Positions 27,191 to 39,539 are shown, numbered from the stretch's first letter. The stretch is 64,000 nucleotides of DNA from Eledone cirrhosa (GCA_964016885.1 OZ024748.1:44454001-44518000); one strand, 5' to 3'. Notes: generated by a model not told the origin, from the letters alone. A program made the numbers and translations.

Positions 27191-28562
27191 GAATTTTATA
27201 AAGTTTGATATTTTTGTTATTGACATCGTATATGACTTTCATAGTTTTTCTTATTTCATTTTCATTACAGATGTCCTTCTCGGTCAACAGCTGAGAAGTT
27301 TCCTGACGAAGTGTCTGTTAATAAAAAAAAGTTTACATATTATATAGGAATTGTGTTCAGTTTATTTTGTCTCATGAATATTTATATCTTTACATATTAT
27401 ATACTGTTTTGACAGTGAAAAATAATTAGATGTTAGCCTCATAAATAGCTCCTAATCAATTACTTCTCCCCGGAAGAAGTCTTTAAACTGAGCAAGACTA
27501 TTTTCTACAAACCTACATAATAATACATATGACTGACTTGTCATTTTATCATATACATCCGCGGCAAGAGCATCGACAAGGGAATCTGTCGAAATGCTTA
27601 AAACACGAGATAATTTCTTTCTATGAGATCTATGATAAATACATATTGTAACGGTAGATAACTCCCACATTATAATGCATTTAAAGTGAGGTAACTCTTG
27701 CAAAGAAAAGCTAAAGAACTGTCTTCCTCTAACAGTATATGACAACGTGTAAATAGAAACTAAGGAGGTGAATGAAGTGTCTAAAAAAGAAACTAAGAAT
27801 GTAAATGGAGTGTCTATAACTAAGAATATAGATGAAAAGTCGAAAAAAAAATCCGTGTATAGGTGTATTTGAAGAATCCAAATTCTTAAAATCAAGGGGA
27901 GATAATTCACATTCTTTTTAAGGTGGTCTGGGACGCCACCATGAATCGAATGGCAGTCACATAGACTGGGAGTCCGAGACGCAGTTTGCGCGCCACCTCG
28001 AAGGAAAAAATATAAACGAAATAGTATTCGGATTAGATATATTTTTACAAGAAAATTGGTGGTATTGTGACGATGAGGGATTCGATCTCTGAATCTCGTT
28101 TCTTTTTTTATGAAATTATATTCATTAGATTTCTGATGAAAATCTGTATTCCGAACGAATTATTTCCATTCATTTCGTTCACAGATTTTTTTTTTTCACT
28201 GAAAAATCACTTCCCCCCGTATAGAAGACAGTCCAGCTACATTAATTACGTGTTTCTTTCGCCCTCTCATCTGCTACTGACCAGGGTTTAGTTGGCCGTA
28301 GGACGTCTAGCCTAGCATTGACCAGTGTTTATCTTGCCGTATGATATACTATGTGTACATCCTAAAACTGCTTCTTTTGCCCTCTAACATAGCACTGACC
28401 ATAGAAACTGCAACTTTCGCCTAGCCTGGCATTGACCAGGGCTTATCTTGCCATAGGAGATCCTGTGACGTATAGACGACAGTCCAGCTAAACTAATGAC
28501 GTGTTTCTTTCGCCCTCTAAGCTTATACTGAACACGGCTTAGTTGAAGTATAAAACACTTCA

Positions 28563-28740
28563 CCCTTTAATGTTCAAACCGGCCAGAATTCTCTACCTCT
28601 TTCTGTTGAAACTGGTCGCTCCAACTGATGTTAAGGTATTGTTCTCAAAATACTTTTAAAATCTCAGATTCGATATTATGTGAGATAATTATGCGACTTT
28701 ACCATGAAAATATATATAGAGTAATGTGAATACTAAAGGG
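28563..28740. mobile_element. piggyBac-like MITE
   Basis: TTCA|CCCTTTAATGTTCA ... TGAATACTAAAGGG|TTAA: CCC...GGG termini and a TTAA-type target site with one mismatch. Confidence 0.55.
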
Positions 28741-29099
28741 TTAAACTGTTTCTTTCACCCTCTAGTGACAGATCAAACCTCTGCTCTATGGAGGGGGGTG
28801 ACAGTGATAGAAGGGAAATAAGTATGAAGTTATGACAAGTGTGGTGTTGAGTGACAAAAAACAAATTCCACCTCTAACACGAGGTGGGTGTAACTGAAAA
28901 AAAAACCCCCGAATTTTGTTTACATTTGTTTCTTAACGTGTGTTAAATAAATAGTTTGCTGCTGATGCTGCTTACGTGCTGTAGTTGCTGCTTACTTGGT
29001 GGCTTACTGCTTGCTGCTATTGTTGCTTAACTTGTGCTACTTGAGGCTATTCCATCAAATTTACATTCCCTTTTTTTTAGCCGTTAAAAGAAATATAGA

Positions 29100-29830
29100 T
29101 TTATTTATTTGCAACATTATTGTTAGTTTCTTGGTTTTGTTTTTTTTTTGCGATTTATTTGCCACTGGGGCATAGATTTCTTTATTTGCCACGTTTTTGG
29201 TTTTTTTTTGGCGATTTATTTGCCACTAGGGCATTAGGCGGGGGAAGTGATTAAAAGGGAATATAAAAAATTAAGTCCTCAATAGAGAGGCAGCCTTTTG
29301 GGGTCACACACACCCCCGTAGAAAGTGTGTGACCTTTCTGCCAGGGAGCACAGAGAGAGGGGGGTGCTCCCTTCTTCTCTTACCTGTACAAGCCGATATA
29401 GAGAGATGGCCCACTTACACGGGCCATTATTGCTACTTTCACCCATCTTTCATGGAATTGACTGGGACTGAGTGCCTTTCTCTCCACCTTGATCCTTCTT
29501 TCGAAGTGGTATCTGAAGAAGAGGATTAATTTGTTGGCCGGCGACATATCCCCACAGATCGGCAATGCCAGGACATTGTACTAATGCGTGCTTAACGGTT
29601 TCCTCGTTGCAAACGCATCTGGGACATTTCTTTTCCAAGGGGTTTCCGTGTTTGTAGAGCCTTTCCCGAACGGGCAGGGCTCCTCGGTAGAACTGCCAGG
29701 CCAAGGACCCCTGGAAGTTGTCCATGGGTCCCGGGCCGAATCTCCTACCGAACAGGCTGGCCAGTTCATTTTCCTCCATGCCTAGGGAATCGCCAAGAGT
29801 GTCATCGCTCCTGCTAGCCACCAGCCCTCT
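29100..29830 (-). mobile_element. L1/Tx1-clade LINE 3' fragment
   Basis: SLAWQFYRGALPVRERLYKHG..CPRCVCNEETVKHALVQCP is a zf-RVT-type CCHC domain. Confidence 0.75.
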
Positions 29831-29927
29831 GTAGAATATATGTCACAAACATTGCTCTCCGACGCTCTACCGATAATAGTAAGTATTAGTGGTTGTAATA
29901 AAAATGCAATCAAAATGTAATAAATAC

Positions 29928-30063
29928 CTTCACTGATTTCTTTCCTTATATTATCAACAGAAGTTGGTATGTCACCCAAAGTTCGCTTTGTATGTTCCCG
30001 AATAGCAGTGAATTTTGATAAAACTGTTTCTAATTCCTTCTCCACAGTAAGACAAATATCCAT
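29928..30063 (-). CDS. RMND5: RMND5/GID2 (CTLH E3 ligase subunit)-like first coding exon, isolated; possibly a pseudo-exon
   Basis: MDICLTVEKELETVLSKFTAIREHTKRTLGDIPTSVDNIRKEISE resembles the recalled RMND5A start MDQCVTVERELEKVLHKF. It ends at a phase-1 donor, GAAG|GTATTT. Confidence 0.65.
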
Positions 30064-30299
30064 GTGTAGTTGAAGAGGATAAGTATGAAAGAACAGTCAT
30101 TTAAATTTACAGATGGACAGATGTGGTGTTTGGCAGGGTTTGAGATATATAGAAAAATAATTATTTACAGAAAAAGAAAATAATAATAAAGAATTATTAT
30201 AATTTTTTTAAAGATTTATTTCTTTTTGAACTTTTGGAAGCAAATTTTAAACTGTATATCGCAACAATAAAAAAGAAAAAATATTTCTTTAAACAATAT

Positions 30300-31172
30300 A
30301 TTGTTCCGATATACAGTTTAAAATCTTTGGTAAACATCTACCGCCTCCACTCATAAAGCTGTCATTTCGCCACCGCCACATGAATTCATTCAAATATGAC
30401 TGAAACATGGGTCGGCTAGTGCCATTTATTTATTTTTTTGTCATTAGACCAGAGTCCTTCAATGTGTTGGGTATGCTTTCCTGATACCGGATCGACAAAA
30501 TTTAGTGAATGATTCACTGTAGAGTGCTGATAATTACCAGGCATATGTCGTATGCGATTGTACGCACGCCATCGGTCTGTATGTATCATGGATCGACTCA
30601 GCACATGGTTTTCAATAATGGGTAGCAGGGTCTCAGCAGTGCGGCCTGGGACTTCAAGAAAAATTTTTCTGGGATTATTGGTATTGATCCCACCAATGAC
30701 CCAATGGCCTTCATGCCAGGTCCCACGAGCGTACTTTCGATGAAAGTATTTACTTTCATCGATTTGTACAACTATTGGGACTCCGGCATCATCCATTCCA
30801 CCGAGTATTGATGGGTTTCGCTCCACCCATTCACTGCACACGTCCAGTAAAAAGTTGCACCAGTCAGTAATGGTGTTTTCACTACACCGAATCTCGTCAG
30901 CAATAATAATATTTTCGGACCCAATTGACCAGAAGTAAATCATATAACTCATTTGATGTACATCTAAGTGGCTTCGAAAAAAAAATGACCCAGAACGGAC
31001 AGATTTGGTAAAACTGCATACCTTACATTGTTTCTTTGTAACTTACAAACGAACAGGAAATATTACATGAAGGACAGTTCATAGTGTTTGAAACTAATCG
31101 GTTGAGCAATAATTCAATAATACTGAGTTTGTTTGCAGTTAAAATCACCAGTTCCGTCATTTTCAAATCCAT
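30300..31172 (-). pseudogene. Merlin (IS1016/ISXO2-like DDE) transposase, disrupted
   Basis: VQIDESKYFHRKYARG..WVIGGI..RTAETLLPII..IHTDRWRAY..HSTVNHSLNFVDPVSGKHTQHIEGLW..YLNEFMWR, with an N-terminal CPSC. TIRs not located. Confidence 0.9.
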
Positions 31173-31540
31173 ATTTAACGTCTGCTGTGATGAATTAACA
31201 TTTTCAACAATGAAAATTGGTGCAGGTGGACGTCCAGGCATTTTCTTTATTCTGCAATTCCAAAACAGGGTTGTAATTTATAACAGCAATCTGGTTGGTG
31301 GTACAGTGTTCAATGAATGTTTTCGAACGAATGAATTTCAGTTTAAAATCAATTATAAGATAACAGAACTATGTTATTTCACCTTTAATAATATCTGCAT
31401 TGAAATGACCGGCAAGGAGCTAGTTATGCCAATATACCCAAAGATTATGTATATTAATATAAGTTTCACTTTATTGTGGAAAATAACCCAAAATTATAAG
31501 TATCACTTTCTCACTTATAGCCCTCTGTCGGTGATTATCT

Positions 31541-31944
31541 TGTAGCAGTAGCCTCCCTTGTTGTGACTCACAACCCCAATAGATTAACATCTAGACGGGA
31601 AGTAGAACCCTTTCTGTAACTTCCGGCAGAGCCCTATAAAACGAATAGCTTTCGGCTCTCTCCCTCTCATTTGCCCTTCCTATAAAACGAATAGCTTTCG
31701 GCTCTCTCCCTCTCATTTGCCCTTCCGGCGCCTGGCGAAGGCCAGGCGTCTTCTGCCAGCCTGCGTTTGCCTGGCAATCAAAACGGTAACTACTAACTTT
31801 GCTACATTCTTTCATCTATTTCATTGACATGTCAACTATACTGTTAAATTGTTGATTAAATATTATACACACAAACGATGTTTCCTTGTTACATTGATAC
31901 GAACACGCAGCCGTTCAACGCTATATTGGTGACCCCGACGTGAT
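31541..31944 (+). mobile_element. LTR (about 385 bp) followed by a tRNA-Trp primer-binding site; internal region absent
   Basis: TGTAGC...GCTATA termini (31541-31925). A duplicated CCTATAAAA-containing 47-bp unit lies inside. TGGTGACCCCGACGTGAT at 31927-31944 is complementary to the tRNA-Trp 3' end. Confidence 0.75.
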
Positions 31945-32901
31945 ACGAACACGTTGCCGTTCATCGCTATAAGTGGTCACCCCGAAACGCTATAATCTTA
32001 TAATTGATTTTAAACTGAAATTCATAAAGTGAAACTTATATTAATATACATAATCTTTGGGTATTTTCCACGAATTGGCAGGGAATGTAAATTTGTTGGA
32101 ATAGCTTCATACAGTGAAGCAGGTAAGTAGCACAAGTTAAGCAACAATAGCAGCAACTACAGCACGTAAGCAGCAATTCTGGCGGTAAAATTGGAGATCG
32201 CCCAGTTATGAAATTTAGATTGAAGATGGACTGAACTGCAGCTACACAACTGAATGGCATCTACATGTGGTGCCAGTGATGAGGTAGCCTTTCACTGCTA
32301 AACATAGCAGCTATATCTCCCTTAAATTACACTCTACTCCTATATTGTTAAATACTGACGTATTACTAATACATGTAGTAAAAAAATACACAATACTAAT
32401 ACATGTAGTAAAAAAATACACAATACTAATAGATATACTAAAAAATTACACAAAACTAATAGATATACGTAAATATTAAAGGACCTTAGCTTCACTATTA
32501 CCTGTGACAATGTCGTGAATGTTTTAGCTTACCATTAAAAATATTTAGAAGGAAACACCAATATTTTCTGCTACAGTGTAATTAAAGCCGAGTGTCTGCC
32601 GAGGTTAACTTTGCCTTTCATCCTTACATTGTCGATAAAATAAAGTACCAGTAATGCACAAAAGTAGAAACAATTATTTCTATAATTAATTTCTCTCTCT
32701 ATAAATATTTATATATTATTTGAAAATAATATTGTTTAGATAAATTACTTATGGACGTTGAAATAATATAATATAGAACAAAGTTTAGTTTTGTAATAAT
32801 TACGTGAACGTCAAATTTCCCGGGTTTCTTAATAACTTACAAAGTTAGCCACACATTCTCAGCCACGTTTTCGTATTTTCGCATTGAACATTTTTATTTG
32901 C

Positions 32902-33036
32902 GTATTAACTTAGTTCATATTAAACAAAATTTTATTTGTTATAGTTGATATGGAATACATTATATATATATATATATAATGTATTCCATATCAACTATAA
33001 CAAGTAAAATTTGTTTGATATGAACTAAGTTAATAT
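32902..33036. repeat. Palindrome of about 135 bp centred on (TA)n
   Basis: GTATTAACTTAGTTCATAT..GGAATACAT(TA)nATGTATTCC..ATATGAACTAAGTTAATA. Confidence 0.85.
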
Positions 33037-33149
33037 ACATATATTTATCGTTTTATTTTTCCTTTCCTTCTTCCTTCTCCAGCCTCACTTTCATATAGCT
33101 TGCTTTTTTGTTTTTAAGATCCAAATTCAATAAACAAACCAGGATTTTT

Positions 33150-33199
33150 TCATTCTGAGGATTGAAAGCAAAACCTTTTAAGAAACCACTGGTAAATGG
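33150..33199 (+). ncRNA. Type I hammerhead ribozyme
   Basis: CAUU-CUGAGGA-UUGAAAG-CAAAAC-CUUUUAA-GAAA-CCACUGG-UA^-AAUG. Confidence 0.75.
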
Positions 33200-33656
33200 A
33201 ATAATTGCCTTATGTTGTTTATTACATAATAATATATATATATAAATATATATCGTACAGGTGTGTGTGAAAAATACATATATAAATCTATATCGTACAG
33301 GTGTGTGTGTGAAAAATGCTTTACCAGTACAGCCCCCATTGATTGCCTGCTTTGACTGCTTGTTTTACATGTAACAATCTTGTATAAATAGGACACGCGT
33401 GCATGCCACACGCGAGACTGTTGCATACACTGGCTACTCCAAACTTTCCTCTTGCTTTATCTCCATAAACTGCCAATGTTTTATTTTTATTTTTATTTTA
33501 ATTTTAACTTTAATTTTGTCCTTTAATATGACTGTAATCTTTGTATGTAAATTGCCATGCTATATTATTATAATGGATGTCAACCCACTGTGGGTCAATA
33601 TATACATATGTTTCTATATGAAAAGGAGGTCAAGTATGTAAAAAATCACTAAATAA

Positions 33657-33705
33657 TTGCTCCGAAGAATCCAAACCTCAGTTTGGAGGAAACAATTGTA
33701 AGCAA
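33657..33705 (+). ncRNA. Hammerhead ribozyme with a U4C core variant
   Basis: UUGCU-CCGAAGA-AUCCAAAC-CUCA-GUUUGGAG-GAAA-CAAUUG-UA^-AGCAA. Confidence 0.7.
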
Positions 33706-33738
33706 ATAAATGATTTAAACTGAACTTTGATTCATGTA

Positions 33739-33776
<38 letters not shown>

Positions 33777-33843
33777 TAGACCTGAAAAATGCGCAAGCTC
33801 AAAAGAGCCACCGAATGTTATAATAAACCTTCAAAAGTGTGGG

Positions 33844-34148
33844 ACTAGAGTTGTTGCTAAAAGATATTGTAATCATTATCTATCGTACACTCTGTGGCAT
33901 CCTTTTATAAAAAAGAGACTCATTACGAACTCAAGACGACACGATAATTATTTAAGCTAATGTTCAATATCTCATATTAGATGTTTAGTAATGATTAATA
34001 CGAAATGCACTTAAACCGAATTCTATATTATAAATTCACTTAAATAATTATCGTCTCGTCTTGAATTCGTTATGAGTCTCTTTTTTATAAAAGGATGCCA
34101 CAGAGTCTAGTTTAATATTTTTTAAGGCAACGCTTGTAATAACTCTAG
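33844..34148. repeat. Imperfect inverted repeat (core arms of about 68 bp, spacer of about 80 bp)
   Basis: ACTCTGTGGCATCCTTTTATAAAAAAGAGACTCA..ATAATTATTTAAG and its reverse complement at about 34039-34106. Confidence 0.8.
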
Positions 34149-34359
34149 TTAAACATGATATATATTAATAATAAATTATCGTTGTAATGTAATTAGATTA
34201 TATAATTGTTATTTTATAAATGATCTTATAAATATTATTGTAAAATGTCTAAAAATATTTTCAGACTTTTAATATAAACAACTACAAAAAACAATCAATA
34301 TTAAATAAATATATTTTACATAATAATTGTTATAGTTGAATTAATAAAAATTAAGGAAT

Positions 34360-36320
34360 ATGACGTCACTTTCAGCTTATATCTGGAGTCTAAAAGACAA
34401 CCACACCCAATATAAGTTACACTGGGAGATCCTAGCTAGGGCTAGATCGTATAACGGAAATAAAAGACCTTGTGACCTCTGCGCCGCTGAGGCTCTGGAA
34501 ATACTCTACGCCACATCTTAAACAAAAAATCTGAGGCAATTTCGGCTTGTAAACATAAATTGCACAAAACTTTCCTGTATTACAGCCCCACGTTATACCC
34601 TAATGGATAGTACGATATATACGTGGATATTTTACGTCTTGATGTGGGAGCTAAGTATATGTTTTGTTTATACCATTACCTATTTAACTTAACATGTTTG
34701 CGCACATAAACTTATTGCCAACCCCTCCAAATAGATTATGATTATATTTAATCCCCCCCCCTCTTTTACGGTCCTTTCTATTATTTAATATACTATATTG
34801 ACTATGATTTTATGCTCCTTTGTATCCTCCATACATTTCTTTTTTTCTGTCCCTATCAGCCTACCATAATTCTGCTTAAGTCAGTTTTTTTAGATATCGT
34901 TATGTAAATGATAGTAGAAAATTTCATTCCTTTATATATATAATTGTAGTGAAATATTAACGTTTATAAATTTTGATTACTTAAACCATAGCTAATATAG
35001 TATTGCCTTATTGGATATTTTGAATGTTTTGAATATTAATTTATCAAATAGGGTTTTCGAGTCATTTACCGGGGTTGTTTCCTAAGTTTTTACTTAACTG
35101 CATGTGAGACCTAAGTATATACTTTTGCTTTTGTTTTTTAATTTCCGGTTGATTCTATTTATTTATTTATTTGTAATACTACTGTGCATTCTATTTACTG
35201 TCTATTTACTCACTCATCCACATATATGTCTGTTTACCAACCTTGTAATTATAAGTAATTATATATTATATTATTTAATTATTTTATATATTATATTTTA
35301 TTTTATATTTTATATTGTATTTGTTATTGTACTATCGATCCTTATTACTTACCGTTGATTATATGTACCATTGTGATATGTTAAACTTTATATATCATGT
35401 AAGATGTTTACATTTTTGTACCATCATAATTTTGGGTATTGTACAATTTATATTTTTTTATCACCTACTATGTAACTCTAAATGAATTGATTTGTTAACT
35501 TGCATGCCATTATATATTATATATGTTATATTATTATTATAGTATTATTGTGACATCTATATTGTTTGTGTAAATTAACCGGAGATTATCTATTATATTA
35601 TATTATATGGTATATAATTGTATAGTTTATTATATATTATATGTGCTACTTATAATCATATCATATTATTACCTCATGTATATTAGATATACGTATTATT
35701 ATTATTATTATTATTATTTTTATTCCTATCATGCTTATTTATATTTAAACTCTTAATAAGGTTAAATTTGTGCTGTTGAAGATGGATATGTGTATTGATG
35801 TGTGTGTATATGTGCGTACGTGTGCGTACATATATACATATGTATATTGTACCTTTTAATTTTTATTGTAATTTTAATATTGTTACAAGTATATTATATT
35901 ATATTATATAGTATTATATATAATTCCTGCTCTATATAACCACCTTTGTTTAGCTCTAGGTTTTTTTTGCTTTGGACTATATTTGTAATATGGTTCTAAA
36001 TGCTATACACCTCCTTAGTGATTTTTATTATATATTTTTATCCATAATCTTGCAATACTTTAGTGTATGTACACTCCATATTCTTCGGAGTTTTCGGCTT
36101 GTATTGGCCGATAATACTTCTTGTTGTTTTAATTGCCCTGATGAGTCCTTAATAGGACGAAACATTGTTGGCTAATAAAGACTTTTGATGTGTTGAAGGC
36201 TTCTTTGTTTTACTTTCATAATTCTTCGGCTCTGTTTAATTACATTGAGCTATACCTTTTACTGTCATTTCTATAATACGAAGAGGGTGTTTAACTCCAA
36301 CACGCTCCAGTATTTTAATC
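34360..36320 (+). mobile_element. PLE 3' portion: GIY-YIG C-terminus, long AT-rich 3' region and terminal HHR
   Basis: Manual translation from 34360: MTSLSAYIWSLKDNHTQYKLHWEILARARSYNGNKRPCDLCAAEALEIL. HHR at 36133-36175. Confidence 0.75.
36133..36175 (+). ncRNA. Canonical minimal hammerhead ribozyme
   Basis: GCC-CUGAUGA-GUCC-UUAAUA-GGAC-GAAA-CAUUG-UU^-GGC, a textbook core and helix II. Confidence 0.88.
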
Positions 36321-36415
36321 CTTATATATATATATAGTAATAATAATAAATTTGAAGACTAAAATCCAAAGAGGGCTCAATAAGGATAAATATATATCAG
36401 TTATATAAGAACCGT

Positions 36416-36470
36416 AGGGTTTCAGAAGAGCCCGTTAAGGGTGAAAGCAGTGATTCTTTGCTTAAACTTT
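36416..36470 (+). ncRNA. Hammerhead-like motif with a U4A core change (probably inactive)
   Basis: AGGGUUU-CAGAAGA-GCCC-GUUAA-GGGU-GAAA-GCA..UGC-UU^-AAACUUU. Confidence 0.55.
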
Positions 36471-37068
36471 AATCTGTTATTTTAATAAATATATATATAT
36501 ATATATATATCCCCGTACATATCCGATAATATATTCTCCATCGTGTCGGCCGGGACCCAGAGTGAGGGGATACTCGTTCGGACGTCACTTTCTCTCCATT
36601 TCTTTAAAAATGTCTTCTAAGGTCTCACCATGTCCACTCTAATTATCTAAGTTACTTCCAACACACATTCACAATTTGGTTAAACTCACATTTTCATCTG
36701 TTGAAGATAAACTATGACAAACATGCGTGTGTGTCCGTCAAACACAGATATACACCAGGTCCGAACACAAAAGAACCAAACTCCCACTCCATCCGTCTCT
36801 CCTCATCTCTCACCAACATGAGCAAACGGGTGGACACAATAAAAGAAGGCGTTTCCCCGAAGGATGGAGATGGAGATGCATTGGAAGAGGCATTGCAGTT
36901 CGCACACCTGCACATTTCAACAAGAGCAGGTTTTCTTTTCTACGACATACAAAAAGATTTATAGCAACAGCTATTATATATATATATATAAAAATTTATA
37001 TAAATAAAAGTGTGTTAGGTAATTCCGAAGGAAAAAAGAGTGCTCATGTATAGAACACAAAATAACAT

Positions 37069-37136
37069 CTCTGTCTGATGACCGATCCAGACGTATATTA
37101 ATATTATCTGCGATCCAGAAACCTTTGGTAATGGAG
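37069..37136 (+). ncRNA. Type I hammerhead ribozyme
   Basis: CUCUGU-CUGAUGA-ccGAUCCAGA..UCUGcGAUCca-GAAA-CCUUUGG-UA^-AUGGAG. Confidence 0.7.
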
Positions 37137-37232
37137 TAAATATATTTTGTGTTGCTCACTTTCTAATTATATATATATATATATATATTACTTCAAAATA
37201 TTAATAAATATAGACATTCATGTGATCAAATA

Positions 37233-37298
37233 TATTTTATTATACATATTTCAGAGATACTGAGCTATTTCAACAGTACGTCCTCATCAGATAAAATA
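37233..37298 (-). ncRNA. Hammerhead ribozyme (mirror copy)
   Basis: Reverse complement of 37386-37451. Confidence 0.8.
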
Positions 37299-37385
37299 AG
37301 TTGATGCTTGACATACCTTGACTATGCTGATGGTTATGACTAAATTATAACCATCAACATAGTCAAGGTATGTCAGGCATCAACT

Positions 37386-37451
37386 TATTTTATCTGATGA
37401 GGACGTACTGTTGAAATAGCTCAGTATCTCTGAAATATGTATAATAAAATA
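37386..37451 (+). ncRNA. Type I hammerhead ribozyme
   Basis: UAUUUUAU-CUGAUGA-GGACGUACUG..CAGUAUCUCU-GAAA-UAUGUA-UA^-AUAAAAUA, with a perfect 8-bp helix I. Confidence 0.82.
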
Positions 37452-37593
37452 TATTTGATCACATGAATGTCTATATTTATTAATATTTTGAAGTAATATT
37501 AATAACTCCAGAAAACCTTTGTAGAGTGCTTATAATCTATTGCGAAACTTTATTCATTGATGAATTCATTGAACCTTGTTAAACTTTTAATCA

Positions 37594-37636
<43 letters not shown>

Positions 37637-37639
37637 TAA

Positions 37640-38150
37640 TCATCATCATCATCTTCGTTTAACGTCCATTTTCCACGCTAGCATCGGTTAGACAGGAGTT
37701 GTCCCACTTGAGGCAAGGTTGGTCGGGTGACCATGTCTCGCTCATATAGTACTATCTGGCAGGTTTTCTATGGCTGGATGCCCTTCCTAACACCAACCAC
37801 ATTTACAGTGTGGAACTGGGAACTTTTTACCGTGTTACCTACACGGCCACATTACAGCGTGGACTGTGTTTTTTCTCGTGACACCTACACGATCTCGATC
37901 TCATTTATTTGGACTGGATGTTGTGGTACCAACTTTATAGAGAGAGGGTGGTGTTGGTGGGAGTGGGAGGATAGGGTAGGGGTAGTGGATTGGGGTGTAT
38001 ATTTGGTTAAGAGGTACCTACTGACTGTAGCTTTCGCTTTGTACATAGGCAAGGCGGGTCTTCTGTATTACTGCGTAGCGCCAAAGATCTCGGTCCAACG
38101 ACATTGTCTTAGAGAGGTGCAAGTGTGTAAGGTCGGAATTTATCAGATAA
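37640..38150 (-). mobile_element. RTE remnant plus SINE-like 3' module
   Basis: Same architecture as 14645-15065 and 6775-7144, with a (GAT)n tail at 37640. Confidence 0.7.
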
Positions 38151-38709
38151 ATACAAAGTATATATAAACCCATAGAGCATCTTGTTAGTACAGATTTAAA
38201 GTTTAAGCTAAAGTTTAAGCTATATAATTGTTTGTGCTTTCGTTCTGTAAGTATTATATCATATTTCTTTACAACTGAGAATAAATTATAAATTGCTTAG
38301 ATGATCTCGCTTAGGATGAAAGCAGAAATTTATTGCTCAAACTTTTAATTTGTACTAACAATACATATTTAACGAAGGGTATAAATTACTAATTAGATGG
38401 GTATATGTGGTTATTAGTTGATATGATAATAACAAAGTTGTTAGAGGAAATAACATGAATATAAAGAATAAATGATTTGGTTTATATATGGTTTACTTCA
38501 CGTGAATAAAATGTACAATAAAACAGTTACCAAGAGTTGTTAATTTTGTTATTGTTGTTGATGTGAAAACAGCGAACGACCAGATAATGTTATTGTTGGA
38601 ATTTAGAGTCCATGGTAGTAGTTGTGAGACCGTAGTTAGTAAGAGAGAGAGAGATATGGTTTGTATACCTCTGTTATGGTCTGTTGTAACTGTGAACTAC
38701 CATGGCCTG

Positions 38710-38930
38710 CAGACAGCGGTGAATCTTCCACATTTGTGTTCTGTAGTAGTAGGGCTCCAATGGGTGTATCTGTAGACCTGATGGGGTCTGTCGATAGTGG
38801 TGAATCTTTCACATAGCTTGTTCTGTTGTGGGGTGCTCCGATGTCTCTATTTCTGTAGACCACTGGGGTCTATTGATAGCAGTAAATCCTTACATAGTTT
38901 GTTATAGGTGTAATGCTCCGATGTATCTCG
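38710..38930. repeat. Degenerate tandem repeat of about 82 bp, about 2.7 copies
   Basis: GATAGTGGTGAATCTTTCACATAG..GCTCCGATG..CTGTAGACC..GGGGTCT recurs. Confidence 0.65.
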
Positions 38931-39539
38931 CCAAAGTAGGATGGTACAGGCTCTATATATAGCTGTCGCTTCCTGTCCCCCAACCTGAGGGGATAGTCAA
39001 CGCATCAACCTATCTACACCAAAAGGGTGTTGACCTAGAATTTGACCTTTAGGTGTCACCCAAGGTTCAAGGCGTGGACAGATTTCGCTACATTAGTTCC
39101 CTACCCAGATCGATGCAGGAGCAGCGATTGATTATAAAAGGGGTAGCGGAATCTGATTCCTAGAAGCGTGTCCGAAAACACACAAAATGTGGGTACTGCG
39201 CCCGCATTTCGAGTGTAGAGCAATTTGGAGAGAGAAAAAAAAATATAGTATAACTGAGTATGCATGTGTGTGTGTAACATTTAGAAGGAACTGTAAAAAT
39301 ACAAAGTTGTGATCATGTATTTCGAACTGTTGTGTATGGATGGATGGGTTTTCTGTCCGCCGGGGCTGTATGGAGGCCAGCACATGGGATCCCATTTGCT
39401 CACCATACAGAGAGATAAGGAGGGCGAGAGAGATGGATAATTATATTTGTTGCTATGGTGGTATATATACAGGAGACAGAGAGAAAAAGAAAAAAAGAAA
39501 TCTTCTTAGTAGCCATTTATAAATATATACATACATAAA

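Larger units (their letters stand above)
37185..37499. repeat. Near-perfect palindrome of about 315 bp with one HHR per strand
   Basis: Loop of about 5 nt at 37340-37344. The arms differ at only a few positions. Confidence 0.92.

Noticed and set aside
27286-27320. HHR-like AACAG-CTGAGAA..GAC-GAA..CTGTT
   Set aside because: The core deviates at several invariant positions. It is at best a dead relic.
27452-27910. 152-aa minus-strand ORF with a protein-like C-terminal half
   Set aside because: No recognisable domain or splice framework, and not RMND5-like. It needs a BLASTX search.
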